A stretch of DNA of 64,000 bases from Eledone cirrhosa (Eukaryota), in the NCBI GenBank assembly GCA_964016885.1, contig OZ024743.1, positions 340,256,001 to 340,320,000 of the forward strand. Direction: 5' to 3'. The notes below the pieces were generated by a model. It saw nothing but the letters and a program-made list of their open reading frames with translations. It made no database searches and was not told the DNA's origin. Shown here piece by piece: positions 12,288 through 23,780 of this stretch. The translations under genes and the position numbers were made by a program. Each line of letters starts with the position of its first letter. Positions within the stretch are counted from its first letter, which is position 1.

Positions 12288-15200
12288 GTTCTTCTGGTTT
12301 TATAATTTCACAAAGTTTTACCAATAGAAAGAGAGTCGATTTCTAACAGAGACACAAGACTCTCTTATTGGAATTTACACAACATCAACTAGGTAGATAT
12401 GGATGTTATTGTATGTGTGGATGTGTATGTTTTGAGTTGTATGTGTGCATGTGTATATGCTTTGTATCTGTACATGTGTATATGCAGTTATTAGATGCAA
12501 ATTTTTTGGAATGTTTTACATATTTTTACTGTTCCATTAATGGATTGTACTTGTAGTTTCCTAACTAGTTGTGTAATTTCCTAACTAGTTGTGTTCTTTC
12601 TGTTCCTGTGAAGCCTAGCTTCTCAAGATTTGTATTGAGGCAGTTAGTAACATATCCCAGTGCCCCAATAGTCACAGGCATAAATCTGAAGATATAATCA
12701 AGGTGGAGTATCTGCAGATTTCTCATCAGTCCTGCATAAATATTCTCTTTTTCACTAATCTTTGATATTATATTGGCATCTGCTAGGCAGCTAATTTCCA
12801 CTACTGTGCATGTTTTCTTCTCCCTGTCCCACATCATAATATCTGATCTGTTATGCCTGCATTTTATTGGGGTTTTTACTGGAACATTTCACCAGTACTC
12901 TTTAATATTATGTACATGGATGTATTCCACATTGTTGAAGATTTTAATGTGTTTATTATCGGGGCTATCTTTTTTACGAACTGCATTGTACAGTGTTTTG
13001 GCCTCATAGGTAGATAGTACCACGATGACATCTTTGGACAGCTGCTGATGACATGGGTGATATCCTCGATATTAGTTCTGCAGAGTCTACACTTGTTATC
13101 ACATCTAGGTGTTTTGCCTGCATCCCTATCTCTTTTGGAAACAGGTATTTCGTGCTAATCTCTTATTCCTTGATTGCAAAAGCGTATCCTTCAAAGTGGG
13201 AGCCAATATAGCGGTTGTTGGTCCAAGATAGATTACTTTCCTTATCTATATTATTCTCACTCTGGAGATTCCTGGCAACATATCCATGAATGATTTTTTG
13301 CTGATAGGCATGCAGTTTTTCATCCATGGAATCGCTGCGATACTGCTGAGCGACATCCCTGGTGTGAGTTTTTGATTATCACACAGGGAATATCTCTCAA
13401 GGAGTTCCTTCCCAACTCTCATGATCTTATCTGTTTCATGCAGATAGACTTGCTCGAGAAACGGGCTCCTACGCTTCGAGGTTCGTAGATGTTGTCGTAT
13501 GCGACATTCAAATGTTGTCTGGACTGATGTTAGGCCTCTGCCTCCCTGCTTACGTTTCAAGTAAAGGCGGTCTATGTCACTGTTGATGTGGAAGTTTCCG
13601 GTGTTGTTCAGTATTTTTCGAGTTCCAACATCAACTGCTAGGATTTCATCTATCGTCCAATTGAGTATTCCAAACGTTGGTGTTAGGACAGGCACAGCAA
13701 ACACATTGTGAGCCACTGTTTTGTTTTGCGCAGAGAGTTCCGATGACCAGATCTTTCTTAATCGGGTGTAGTATTCCCTGGTTACGCGTTCTTTATTACA
13801 GATACCATTATAGGATATGTTCTCATCTATCCCCAGGTATCTGTAGCAGTCCTCATCAGATATCGGTGAAACAGTTAGACCATTGATGACAATGTTGCTA
13901 GATTGGGTTGTTGTTTTTCCCCGCTTTACAGTCATGTATGAGCATTTATCTTGGCCAAACACCATTCCTATATCCTTTGAGAATGTTGTAACCAGGTCGA
14001 GATTTTTCTTCATCCCATCCATGTTATTGGCATAGAGTTTCAGATCGTCCACAAAGAAATTATGGGTTAGGTTCGTATTTCTGTCCTCCTGTGAACCAAT
14101 GATGTATCCCTCACATTTCTTGAGCAGAAAGGACAAGGGGTTTAATGACAAGATGAATAATATCACAGAGAGACTGTCCCCCTGAAATATACCCCTGCAA
14201 TATTTTATTTTATCAGTGAAAATAGAGTCCTCCCTCTCTGTATTTAACCTTAGGATAGTAGCCCACTAAGAAGACAGCCTCTCTATGGCTCTGACAATAA
14301 TGTCTGGGACTTTAGCAAGTTGGAGGGCCTCTATCATCCAAGAGTAGGGAACAGAATCGAAAGCTTTCCTGAAGTCCAGCCAGACTGTAGTCATATTCCT
14401 CCTAAGTTGTCGCACCTCCGACATCGCAGTTTTGTTGATTAGGAGTTGTTCAGTACATCCCCAGACCCCTTTCTTTCCAGCTGCTTGTTCATCTGTGATG
14501 ATGTTATTTCTTTTCACAGTGATCTTGGAGGAATAGGTTCAGGCAGGCTGTATACATCTTATACATCAGGTTCTAGCATGCAATGGGTCGGTAGTTTTTT
14601 GCCAAGTGGTGTCTTTGTTTTGGGGGACCAGTAACGTTTGTGCTCATGTCAACCATTCTGGTATAAGTGTATCTCCCTGAAGAACTTGTTGGTAGAGGTC
14701 AGTAAGATACCTCCGATAGAATATTAGTTTTTTGTACCAGTAGCCGACAATCATGTCTCTTCCTGGTGTTTTCTTATCTTGGAGTTTTCCTATCACAGTC
14801 TCAAGGGTACCCTCACTTATTTCGTATGTTTTTGTTGTAGTGTACGAGCAATAGTTCTTTCAGATTTCTCTTAGCCGCACTGCATCTTGGTTGAAATTCT
14901 TCTTTTCACCCCATATTTTGCTCCAAAAGGAATCTGTCTTTCTGGGATGGAGCCTCAGTGACATTTATTATTTTGCCCTTCATATCTCTATAGACTGATG
15001 TTTGGTTTCGTCTGAATCTTTTATTAAGCACTTTTCTCTCATTACCTTCTTCAAGTATCGGCGTTTTTCGCTAACAGCTCTCAATTCTTGTTTGAGGGTG
15101 ATCAGTTTATATTGGAGAGTTCTGGTTCTACTGTTACCAAACATCGTCTCTATTTTATTTTTCACTCTTTGTTGGTGAGGAGTGAGGTTTTTTTGTGTTT

Positions 15201-16372
15201 GTTTGCATGTAAGGAGCATTGTCACACGTCCTATGTTTTTTCGTAGGTCGTCACTCTTTTTTTCTATTTTAGTTATATATGATGGTATTTTTGGTAGTGT
15301 TTTGTTATTGTTAATATCTCTGCTATCACCAAGATAATGCTTCACTGTCATTGCTAAGGCATATAACAGACGTTGATTTGCCAAAATGTTGGGGTTTTTA
15401 TCCCTCGTAAATATTCATCCCCTATTTCGTCAATAACACGTAGTATTTCATTATTTGGTTTTTTATTCACCATTGTTATTTTAACACGTTCAGCAAGAGA
15501 GATATTTATACATGAGTTAATTTCTCTCTGGAAGATTTCGTTGAGGGAAATTTTCAATTGTTTATACTTTTGATTATCATTATCGATAGTATTTTCCGCA
15601 ACAGTCGAAGTAGACTCAGATGGTATACGTGGTGTCACATTTATTCGATTATTATTATTATTTCTTCGATTATTATTATTATCGATAGTATTTTCCCCAG
15701 CATTCGAGGTAGACTTAGATGGTACAGGTGGTGTCAAGTTTCTTACAGGCATAGTTGTTTCAAGGCGCTGTTCGACCTGGCTGCTAGGAAGTCTAGTAGC
15801 ATGGCGACCTGTAGCACGTGTTGATTCCATGTTTGTTGTGTGGGACTTACAATTAATAATATTTATCTTATTTTTAAGTTCAACAAACGTCGCTTGTTGG
15901 CGTAATTGTTTCGCTGTGAAATAATTTAGCTCTGGGTGCATTTCGTCCCAGTGTAGCTTCATTCTATTCATATAGTCAATGGAGAGATTGTTTTTTGCCA
16001 TTTTATAACAATTAAATAAATCATTATTAAGTTCGCAACTCCAAGAGAAATGCGATTTATAATTTCGGTTTCTTCTGTAGCTACACCTGAATAAAGTTTG
16101 ATTACCTTCCTTGTTATTTGTCTTCGATACTTCCTTAATTCTTTTGTTGATGTATTCAGCAATGCTGTTTGTAGCAAATCCTTGTAAAATGAATTATGTA
16201 TTTAGTCGGATATCTCTACGAATTCGAATAAAAGGTGTCTTCAGAAGGGATAGTTAGAAGAATAACCAGTTATTCAACCTGGCTGTAGTTGTGGCATTAC
16301 TGTCGGAGATAGTATTCATCTTAAATTTAATAAATAGTCTCCCACGCCAAAATATGCGACTGATCGCGTTGA
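12288..16372 (-). mobile_element. Near full-length R4/Dong-clade RLE non-LTR retrotransposon, single ORF broken by frameshifts
   Basis: Order on the minus strand: N-terminal YMNRMKLHWDEMHP..QLRQQ, then WLDFRKAFDSVP, QGDSLS, FVDDLKLY (RT), CRLC..H..C, RPDI..D..EISC (RLE). Flanked by (TACA)n at both ends (12218-12287 and 16376-16430). Confidence 0.92.
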
Positions 16373-16430
16373 CGTACGTACGTATGTATGTATGTATGTA
16401 TGTATGTATGTATGTATGTATGTATGTATG

Positions 16431-17040
16431 TCAGGTCACCAGTTGGTGCTACTGGTAACATGTATCCCAGTACAACCTGTCTCATGGTCGGGTCGTTGGC
16501 GACTAAACTGGCAACCCCACCAAGGTTTCTTGGTGAGGAGGGTGACTTTGGACATCCTGCAGGACTAAAAACAAAACCTGTCAAAGGGCAAAGGAGCTCT
16601 TAAGAGTCAATGGCCATCCAAAATCACTGGGAGAGATGACCCCTTAGCCTTTGTCAAGGCAGAATTCTAGGAGAAGGAAAACTCTGATATAACACCTGCA
16701 ACCCTGATGGTATCCAATGATGTTGACTTGTTCTTCTTTTTGGTAAATATCATCTTGGTTAAGAGAGTGGGACTGGCTTTGTGCAGTGCCTTTGCTCACT
16801 ATAAAAGCTTCACGGCACAGGCATTGCTTTATATCTGGAGATCTCTCTGCACTTGTCGTCACATGGTACCATGGGCCCAGCACTATGTGTCAATAATTGT
16901 CACAGGTGTAGTGTTTGTACCAGAGTTTTCAAGTCTCTGGCTAGACTAAAAAGTCACACTCGTTCAGCGCATCGGTAGGGGTTCTCCTACATGGATATAA
17001 AGTAGTGGCCGTACTCGAAAACGAGTTGGCAGCCACCATG
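16431..17040 (+). mobile_element. Non-autonomous RTE-derived element, copy 1
   Basis: Contains the RTE-5'UTR-like motif CTAGGAGAAGGAAAACTCTGA, a C2H2 remnant (CSVCTRVFKSLARLKSHTRSAH) like an RTE ORF C-terminus, a 3' stem-loop and a (TATG)n tail; no RT. Confidence 0.7.
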
Positions 17041-17056
17041 TATGTATGTATGTATG

Positions 17057-17090
<34 letters not shown>

Positions 17091-17116
17091 TGTATGTATG
17101 TATGTATGTATGTATG

Positions 17117-17720
17117 TCAGGTCACCAGTTGGTGCTACTGGTAACATGTATCCCAGTACAACCTGTCTCATGGTCGGGTCGTTGGCGACTAAACTGGCAA
17201 CCCCACTAAGGTTTCTTGGTGAGGAGGGTGACTTTGGATATCCTGCAGGACTAAAAACAAAATCTGTCAAAGGTAAAAGGAGCTCTTAAGAGTCAATGGC
17301 CATCCAAAATCACCGGGAGAGATGACCCCTTAGCCTTTGTCAAGGCAGAATTCTAGGAGAAGGAAAACTCTGATATAACATCTGCAACCCTGATGGTATC
17401 CAATGATGTTGCCTTCTTTTTGGTAAATATCATCTTGGTTAAGAGAGTGGGACTGGCTTTGTGCAGTGCCTTTGCTCACTATAAAAGCTTCACGGCACAG
17501 GCATTGCTTTATATCTGGAGATCTCTCTGCACTTGTCGTCACATGGTACCATGGGCCCAGCACTATGTGTCAATAATTGTCACAAGTGTAGTGTTTGTAC
17601 CAGAGTTTTCAAGTCACAGGCTGGACTAAAAAGTCACACTTGTTCAGCGCCTCGGTAGGGGTTCTCCTACATGGATATAAAGTAGTGGCCGTACTCGAAA
17701 ACGAGTTGGCAGCCACCATG
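17117..17720 (+). mobile_element. Non-autonomous RTE-derived element, copy 2 (direct repeat of copy 1)
   Basis: Near-identical to 16431-17040 with the same first and last nucleotides; separated from it by (TATG)n. Confidence 0.75.
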
Positions 17721-18014
17721 TTTGTATGTATATGTTATATATGTATGTATACGCGTGTCTGTGTTTGCGTATATGTGTATAAAACAAAAATCCAATTCGA
17801 AAGCAATTATTATAAATTGTATGACAATATTGAGCAACTGTCTAATTCTTTTCTTTCTTTATTTATCATATTTATATATAGATCTATTTATATATATGTC
17901 TTCTTCTCTGGTTTCCATCCACATATTTTACATGCTGTCATGTATTTCTATTTTCATATTTCACACACTACAGTTTTCCTTAAATATGGACTTTTTCTCT
18001 GCTTTCTTTTCTCA

Positions 18015-18070
18015 ACCTACCTCCCTACCTACCTACCTACCTACCTACCTATCTATCTATCTATCTATCT
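18015..18070. repeat. (TACC)n/(TATC)n microsatellite at the 5' junction of Tx1 copy A
   Basis: Read directly. Confidence 0.9.
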
Positions 18071-18101
18071 CTGGGATGGACACACGCGTATAACTTGCTG
18101 A

Positions 18102-18168
18102 GTAAGTTCTGTTTAAATTTCTATAGAAATTCTTGTCTGATAACTTTAATTTTTGTACCATTTTGTAG
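18102..18168 (+). other. Putative 67-nt spliceosomal intron in copy A 5'UTR
   Basis: GTAAGT ... AT-rich ... TTTTGTAG; equivalent segments in copies E, F and G. Confidence 0.55.
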
Positions 18169-18286
18169 AGAGACTGCCAGGTCAAACTTTGATCTGGTCG
18201 GTCTCTCAAAATATTCTACGCCTTTAGGCGAAATAGTTAAACAAAAAAAAAGTTTTTTCTTGTTGAAAAGTCAATATTTTTTTTAA

Positions 18287-20078
18287 ATGGCCGAAGCTTC
18301 TTCACCAAAATTCGAAGGAGGAAAGGGGAAGATGAACTTACAGCTTCCCCCCTGCCACTGTCACAGTAGCAGAGGTCAAGAAGAAAGGTCAGCCAGAGGA
18401 AGAATTCTCTCCACCTGTTAACCGACAACTTGACGTTGCCATGGCAACAACCCAAAGAACCAGCAGCAACAGCAACAACAACAATCCAACGGACGAAAAC
18501 AACACCAATAACAATAACAATAACAACAACAAGACCAATAACGGTGACAACAACAACAATGATAACAACAACACCACCAACGACAACAACAACACAAACA
18601 AACAAAATTTCTCCTTCGCCGAGACGACAAGGAAAACCCTCGACTATCTGCCAGTAGATATAACCAAAGCGAAGGAGCTACTGGCGGATGCGAAAAAATA
18701 TATAGTGTACGGAGAAAATGGTTCATTCACAATCCATTCCCCCCCCCGGAACTAAAAAGCCAGAGACTCCTAAACACGGTCATGTTTAGGACAATCTCGA
18801 ACAAAAGTAAAAAACCAGCTCAACCATCACAGAGCGAGATAGAGCTGGTTTTAAAAGACGTCATGAAGGACATCACCTTCATTCAGAAGGATAGACTCTA
18901 CGGGAGTCTATCCATTCTCATGAAGGACAGGGACACAGCAGTGAAACTGTCCATCAAACCAATCACATCCACCGCATACACCTTCTACCCTACGTACATG
19001 GGTAGAAGAACACAAAAAATAAAAATCCACACCATCCTGCCGATTATGGACATATGGTGGGTTTTGACAGGTTTTCTGGACCTGGAGGATGACATGCTGG
19101 TGTCCATGGGAAAGGCATCGGGTGACGCGTTCAGTGGAACGAGCCTCGAACTTGTAGTTCAAATGAGGCCCGAAAGGATCGCCCAGATCCCTGAACGCGT
19201 CATACTGGATGATCTAACCTTCATCAACATTACCGTTGAGGGTAGACGGCCCTCGTGTTACCTCTGCGGAACCAGAGGTCACCTGAGGGCTGTCTGTCCC
19301 CAACTTAATAAGAAAACCCCAATCCTGCCTACACCACCAACAACTGCACAACCAACACAATCACCACAACTACCACTACATAAACAACCACCACAGCTCA
19401 AACCAAAACAAAACAATGTCCAACCCATCCCCTCCACTCAAAAAACAAAAACAATTTCCAAAACACCCGTACCGCAAACACAACCCGAAAATATACCCCT
19501 CCCCTCCAACGCGGAAGACGACCCTAGTTCGTCGTCAGACGAGGAGGAGCACTTCCACACAATCAAAAGAAAAAAAAGAAAACACACCTCAGACACACAA
19601 ATGAAAACAACCCCTCCCCAAAACATAACACTGACACCAACACAAAAGAGCTCACAACAACAGCAAACAAAAAACACCACACAAAAACAAAAACATGCAT
19701 ACACATACATAAACACAAGAAACAAAAAACTGTTAAACATTGTGTACAACAACAATCTAATAAAAACACAAGGGCCTAACTTCACCCAGGCAGGGGATTT
19801 CCCCCACCTCAAAATGATTAAGGCCCCACAGGACACCTATAAAACTTTAAAAAACAATTTTAAAGAGGACGTGGGTCCCCCCTGCGTCGGGCCCATTAAC
19901 CGCGTCCTCCTAAAAAAACTATCCCACCCCCTCCCCAAACACCCACACAACTCCAAGCTCCCCAACCACACAACACACTGATGCCCCTACACTTCCACAA
20001 ACCACCACCCCACCCAACAACCCATCCCCCACCCTAATGGAAATTGTGTAGCCCGATACCCGGGACGCAGAGAGGTAA
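18287..20078 (+). pseudogene. Copy A ORF1 (gag-like, Asn-rich N-terminus, CX2CX4HX4C knuckle), frameshifted
   Basis: CYLCGTRGHLRAVC; ORF pieces 18441-18755 and 18782-19981; C-terminal TTTPPNNPS..MEIV*PDTRDAER* is homologous to the copy D ORF1 end. Confidence 0.85.
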
Positions 20079-20102
20079 GTGCCTTTTCTCTTCACCACCA
20101 AC

Positions 20103-23100
20103 ATGGCTATGCTAAGAGTAGGCTGTTTAAATGCGCGTGGCCTGGGCTCAACTTGGAAGCAAGCAATGCTTCTAAATGACCTCAGGTCACAACGTATAGA
20201 TGTGATGGTTATTTGCGAGGCCCGGATCAGCAACGTGCGACAGCTGGCCCCCACCTTTGATGACTTTGAGATGCACGCATCTCTCTGTCAGCCCGGAGGT
20301 GGGGGTGGAGTTGTCGTTCTGCTGCAAAAACATCTGGGTCTCGCAACACAGATGGTACATTTGGACCCGGAGGGTCGACTAGTGGTTCTGGACCTTGGCA
20401 GTGGTAAAGGCGGAGCGTTTAGGTTGGTAGCCGCCTACGGCCCTTTCGGGTCAATGCGGCCGGACTTCTTCCATCGTCTGGAGACTTTTCTAGGGACGTC
20501 CCGCTCCTTGCTATTAGTGGGGGACTGGAATGGTATCCTAGATGCACGCTGGGACTACGTAGGGGCCTGTCCCGATAGAGAGGGGTGTAATAGCCTCAAA
20601 GGGTTAATCGGTCGATTTGACCTGGCCGATAGATATCGACTAGATTTTCCGACTGCGCCAACCTGGACTTGGGCAAATCGTAGCGGAACATCTAGGTCGT
20701 ACCTAGATAGGTTCTTAGTTAGAATTAAGGATAAGGACTTTTTAAGTTGTCCAAAAATGCGCATGGTTGGCTATTCAGACCACAAATTAGTGACCTGCAT
20801 GGTCAACCTTGACAGAACTCATAGACAGGGACCCGGTTACTGGAAGCTCAACTTGTCCTTACCGGCAAGTAAGGCTTACAGGAACCGGATTAGCACTTTA
20901 GTTAAGGAGCGGTTGACGGGCGCCATCGTCAACAGCAGGTGGTGGGGATCTCTCAAAAGAGAGATTAGAGTAGTCTCTATAGAATTTAGTAAGGAGTTAG
21001 CCTCCAATAGAAATAGGAAGGAAAGGGAGTTGGTAGATAGTGTAGAAGAGGCAATTAGAAGCGGCGACGTGGCCAGAGTGCTAGCGTCGAGAACGGCCCT
21101 GGGCCAGTTCTTCGACGCGAAACACGAAGGCTGCATCGTCCGAAGCAAAATACGTGCTCTGGGAAACGAGGGGACCAAAGCTGTTAGCTGGGCCCGCGTG
21201 ACAGAAGCCAAAAGAGGGAGCAGATCCACTATCCGGTCTTTGCGAGACCAGGATGGACGGGTGATCCTTGAACCTAAGCAGATGTGCGAGGCTTTTCAAA
21301 AGCACTTTGCCGAATTGTTCGGAAGGGGCGGGGGGCCGGTTGGGGACGTGGACTTCGGTCCATACCTCGACGGCCTGCCGCGTCTCTCGGACAGGGAGGC
21401 GAAGTCCTGCGAGGAGCCGATTTCAGCCGCTGAGATAGAGGACGTGCTGAGCCAATGCGGCAAACGGAAATCCCCGGGTCTCGATGGTCTTCCTTACGAA
21501 TTATATCTAGCTATGCCGGACTTGTTCCCCGATCTCATCGAGGCGGTCTACTGCAACTGGCAACAGAACGGGAGAATTCCCTGTACTGTGACCAAGGGCG
21601 TAGTCACGCTAGTGAGGAAGGACGAGAACAAGGGGGACGAAATAAGTAACTTCAGGCCCATAACTCTGCTAAATACAGAGTTACAGATTTTGGCCAAGGT
21701 GCTAGCAAAGAGGTTGGCGCTTGTCGTGGGCAACCTGGTGGGAGATGCGCAGACATGTGCTATCCCGTCCAGGTCCATCCATGACAACCTCCACCTCATG
21801 CGATACATCATAGAGAGGGTTGGGAACGAACCCGGCTTTGGTGGGGCTCTGATCAACTTGGATCAATCTAAGGCGTTCGATAGAGTCGACCATGGTTACC
21901 TGGATGCGGTGCTAGCGGCGGCAGGCTTCGGACCCGTTTTCAGGGGCTGGATCACTGCTATGCACAGCAGCCGCATCTGCTCTAGGGTCAAGGTGAACGG
22001 CTACCTCTCGGAGCCGTTCAAAATCGCGCGGTCAAGGGTGCCCTCTCTCCTCCCTTCTGTATTTGTTGACTCTCGAGCCACTACTGCGGAAGTTGGAGTT
22101 GTTGCAGGGCATCCCTTTGGAACCGGGATTGCGGAAAGCGGTGTCAGCCTACGCCGATGACGTGACAGTAATGGTGTCGACGGCCTCCGAAATCGAGGCG
22201 GTCGGCACCTTACTGGAGGAGTACGAAAAGTTCACAGGGGCTAAGCTGAACCGGGACAAGTCGATCGGTTTGCAACTCGGCACGTGGAGGGGCAGACCGA
22301 TGCCCTCCGATGGCGTCGTCGGACGCTGGACGGAGGGCCCGGTGAAGTTGCTCGGGGTCTGGTTCGGACCGAACCTCCAGGTGGAGAAAAACTGGGCGGA
22401 GGTTACGAACAGGGTGTTTGCACTGACCCAGAAGTGGGCCAGTTGCAAACTATCCCTGAAAGGTCGGGCGGAGGTGGCGAACACTTATATAGCGTCCGTC
22501 ATCTACTACCGCCTGACCGTAGTGCCCTGCCCAAGGGAAACCCTCACCAAGATGGAGCGCGCACTCTTCCAATTCCTTTGGAAGAGGCGGGCTCCTATGG
22601 TGAGGAGATCCATCTGCTGTCAACACCCTTCGAAAGGAGGGCTGGGGATGCCGTAGCTAATGGTGCGTAAACACGCATTAAGGCTACGGCACCTCTACGT
22701 ATTCCTCACCGGACAACCGGTGTGGGCCTCGTTTGTGAGACGAACCTTTCCCAGACTCGTCTCACTCACCGAGCTGCAATCCTGGGTCAAGCAAAGACCG
22801 AGAAAACTGGGCGCCTGGCACACTGAGTGTGCCCAGGCGCTCACCGCCCTCTGGCAGGCGGATCCGGTTATCAGTGGAGACTCCACCGCAACATTCTATA
22901 GAGGGCTGGTACGCAGCAGGTGCGACGACGCCCTCGGAGAAGCCCTAGACATGGAGGAGGACGAACTGGCCAGCCTGTTCGGTAGGACATTCATCCCGGG
23001 ACCTATGGACAACTTCCAGAAGTCCCTGGCCTGGCAGTGCTACCGAGCGGCTTTACCCGTTCGAGAAAGGCTCTACAGACACGGGCGCCCGGGTAGGGAC

Positions 23101-23532
23101 CCCGCCAAAAAGATCTGTCCCAGATGCGTGTGCGACGAGGAAACCGTTGCACACGCATTGGTACACTGCTCGGGCGTAGCCGATCTGTGGGGCTATGCCG
23201 AACAACTGCTGTCAAGGGTGGGACCGTTCCGGTTGACCACCGAGTCTGTTGTAATGATCAAGCCGCCTCCCCCCTTCAAAGATGAAGCAGAGGCGGTGTT
23301 TCTGTGCGTAATAGCCATGGCGAAAGAGGTTGTATGGTGGACGCGTCTGAAAGGACTGAGGTCAGGCACCTTTCTCTCTGGCCAACAACTGGTCCGTTTC
23401 TTCCGATATCATTTCGGAAGAAGGATCAGGATGGAGAGAGAGGTGCTGCACCCCAGTCGTTTTTATGAAAGGTGGGTGAAAGTGGCGAGAATGGCCCGTG
23501 TGAATGGGCCTTCTCTTTACATAAGCCTGTAG
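20103..23532 (+). pseudogene. Copy A ORF2 (APE endonuclease + RT + C-terminal Cys/His finger), one frameshift and one nonsense
   Basis: NARGL, ICE, GDWN, YLD, SDH; KSPGLDG, NFRPITLLN, LDQSKAFDRV, YADD; CPRC..ETVAH..C. Small deletion near 22033 and TAG at 22654-22656. Confidence 0.95.
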
Positions 23533-23780
23533 GTGGAAAAGAGGAAGGAACGAGGGAGCACCCCCTCTCTGTGCTCCTGAGGAAAAGGGGGTGTGTGTGC
23601 GACCCCCCAAGGCGCCTCCTCTCTATTGAGGATTTTGTTATAAATTTTATTTTTTGTTATATCTTATTTTATTTTTATATTTTGTTATTGCCTCCTCCTT
23701 ATTGAGGACGCCTTTTTGTGTAAACTCCCCCCTTTGTACTTGTCCCACTTTTGATGCCCTAGTGGCAAATAAAAGAAACA

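Larger units (their letters stand above)
18071..23780 (+). mobile_element. Tx1/L1-clade LINE copy A, full length
   Basis: 5'UTR, ORF1 with zinc knuckle, ORF2 APE-RT-zf, T-rich 3'UTR ending AATAAAAGAAACA then (TATC)n. Confidence 0.95.

Noticed and set aside
16200-16375. HDV-like ribozyme at the 5' end of the R4 element
   Set aside because: No nested double pseudoknot could be found by eye.
21548-21856. Recurrent antisense ORFs within Tx1 ORF2 copies
   Set aside because: Expected shadow frames of conserved GC-rich coding sequence in near-identical copies.
23472-23705. Small hydrophobic ORF (possible ORF3 or env-like) over the Tx1 3'UTR
   Set aside because: Hydrophobicity comes from the T-rich UTR; the frame is not conserved in copies B, D or E.
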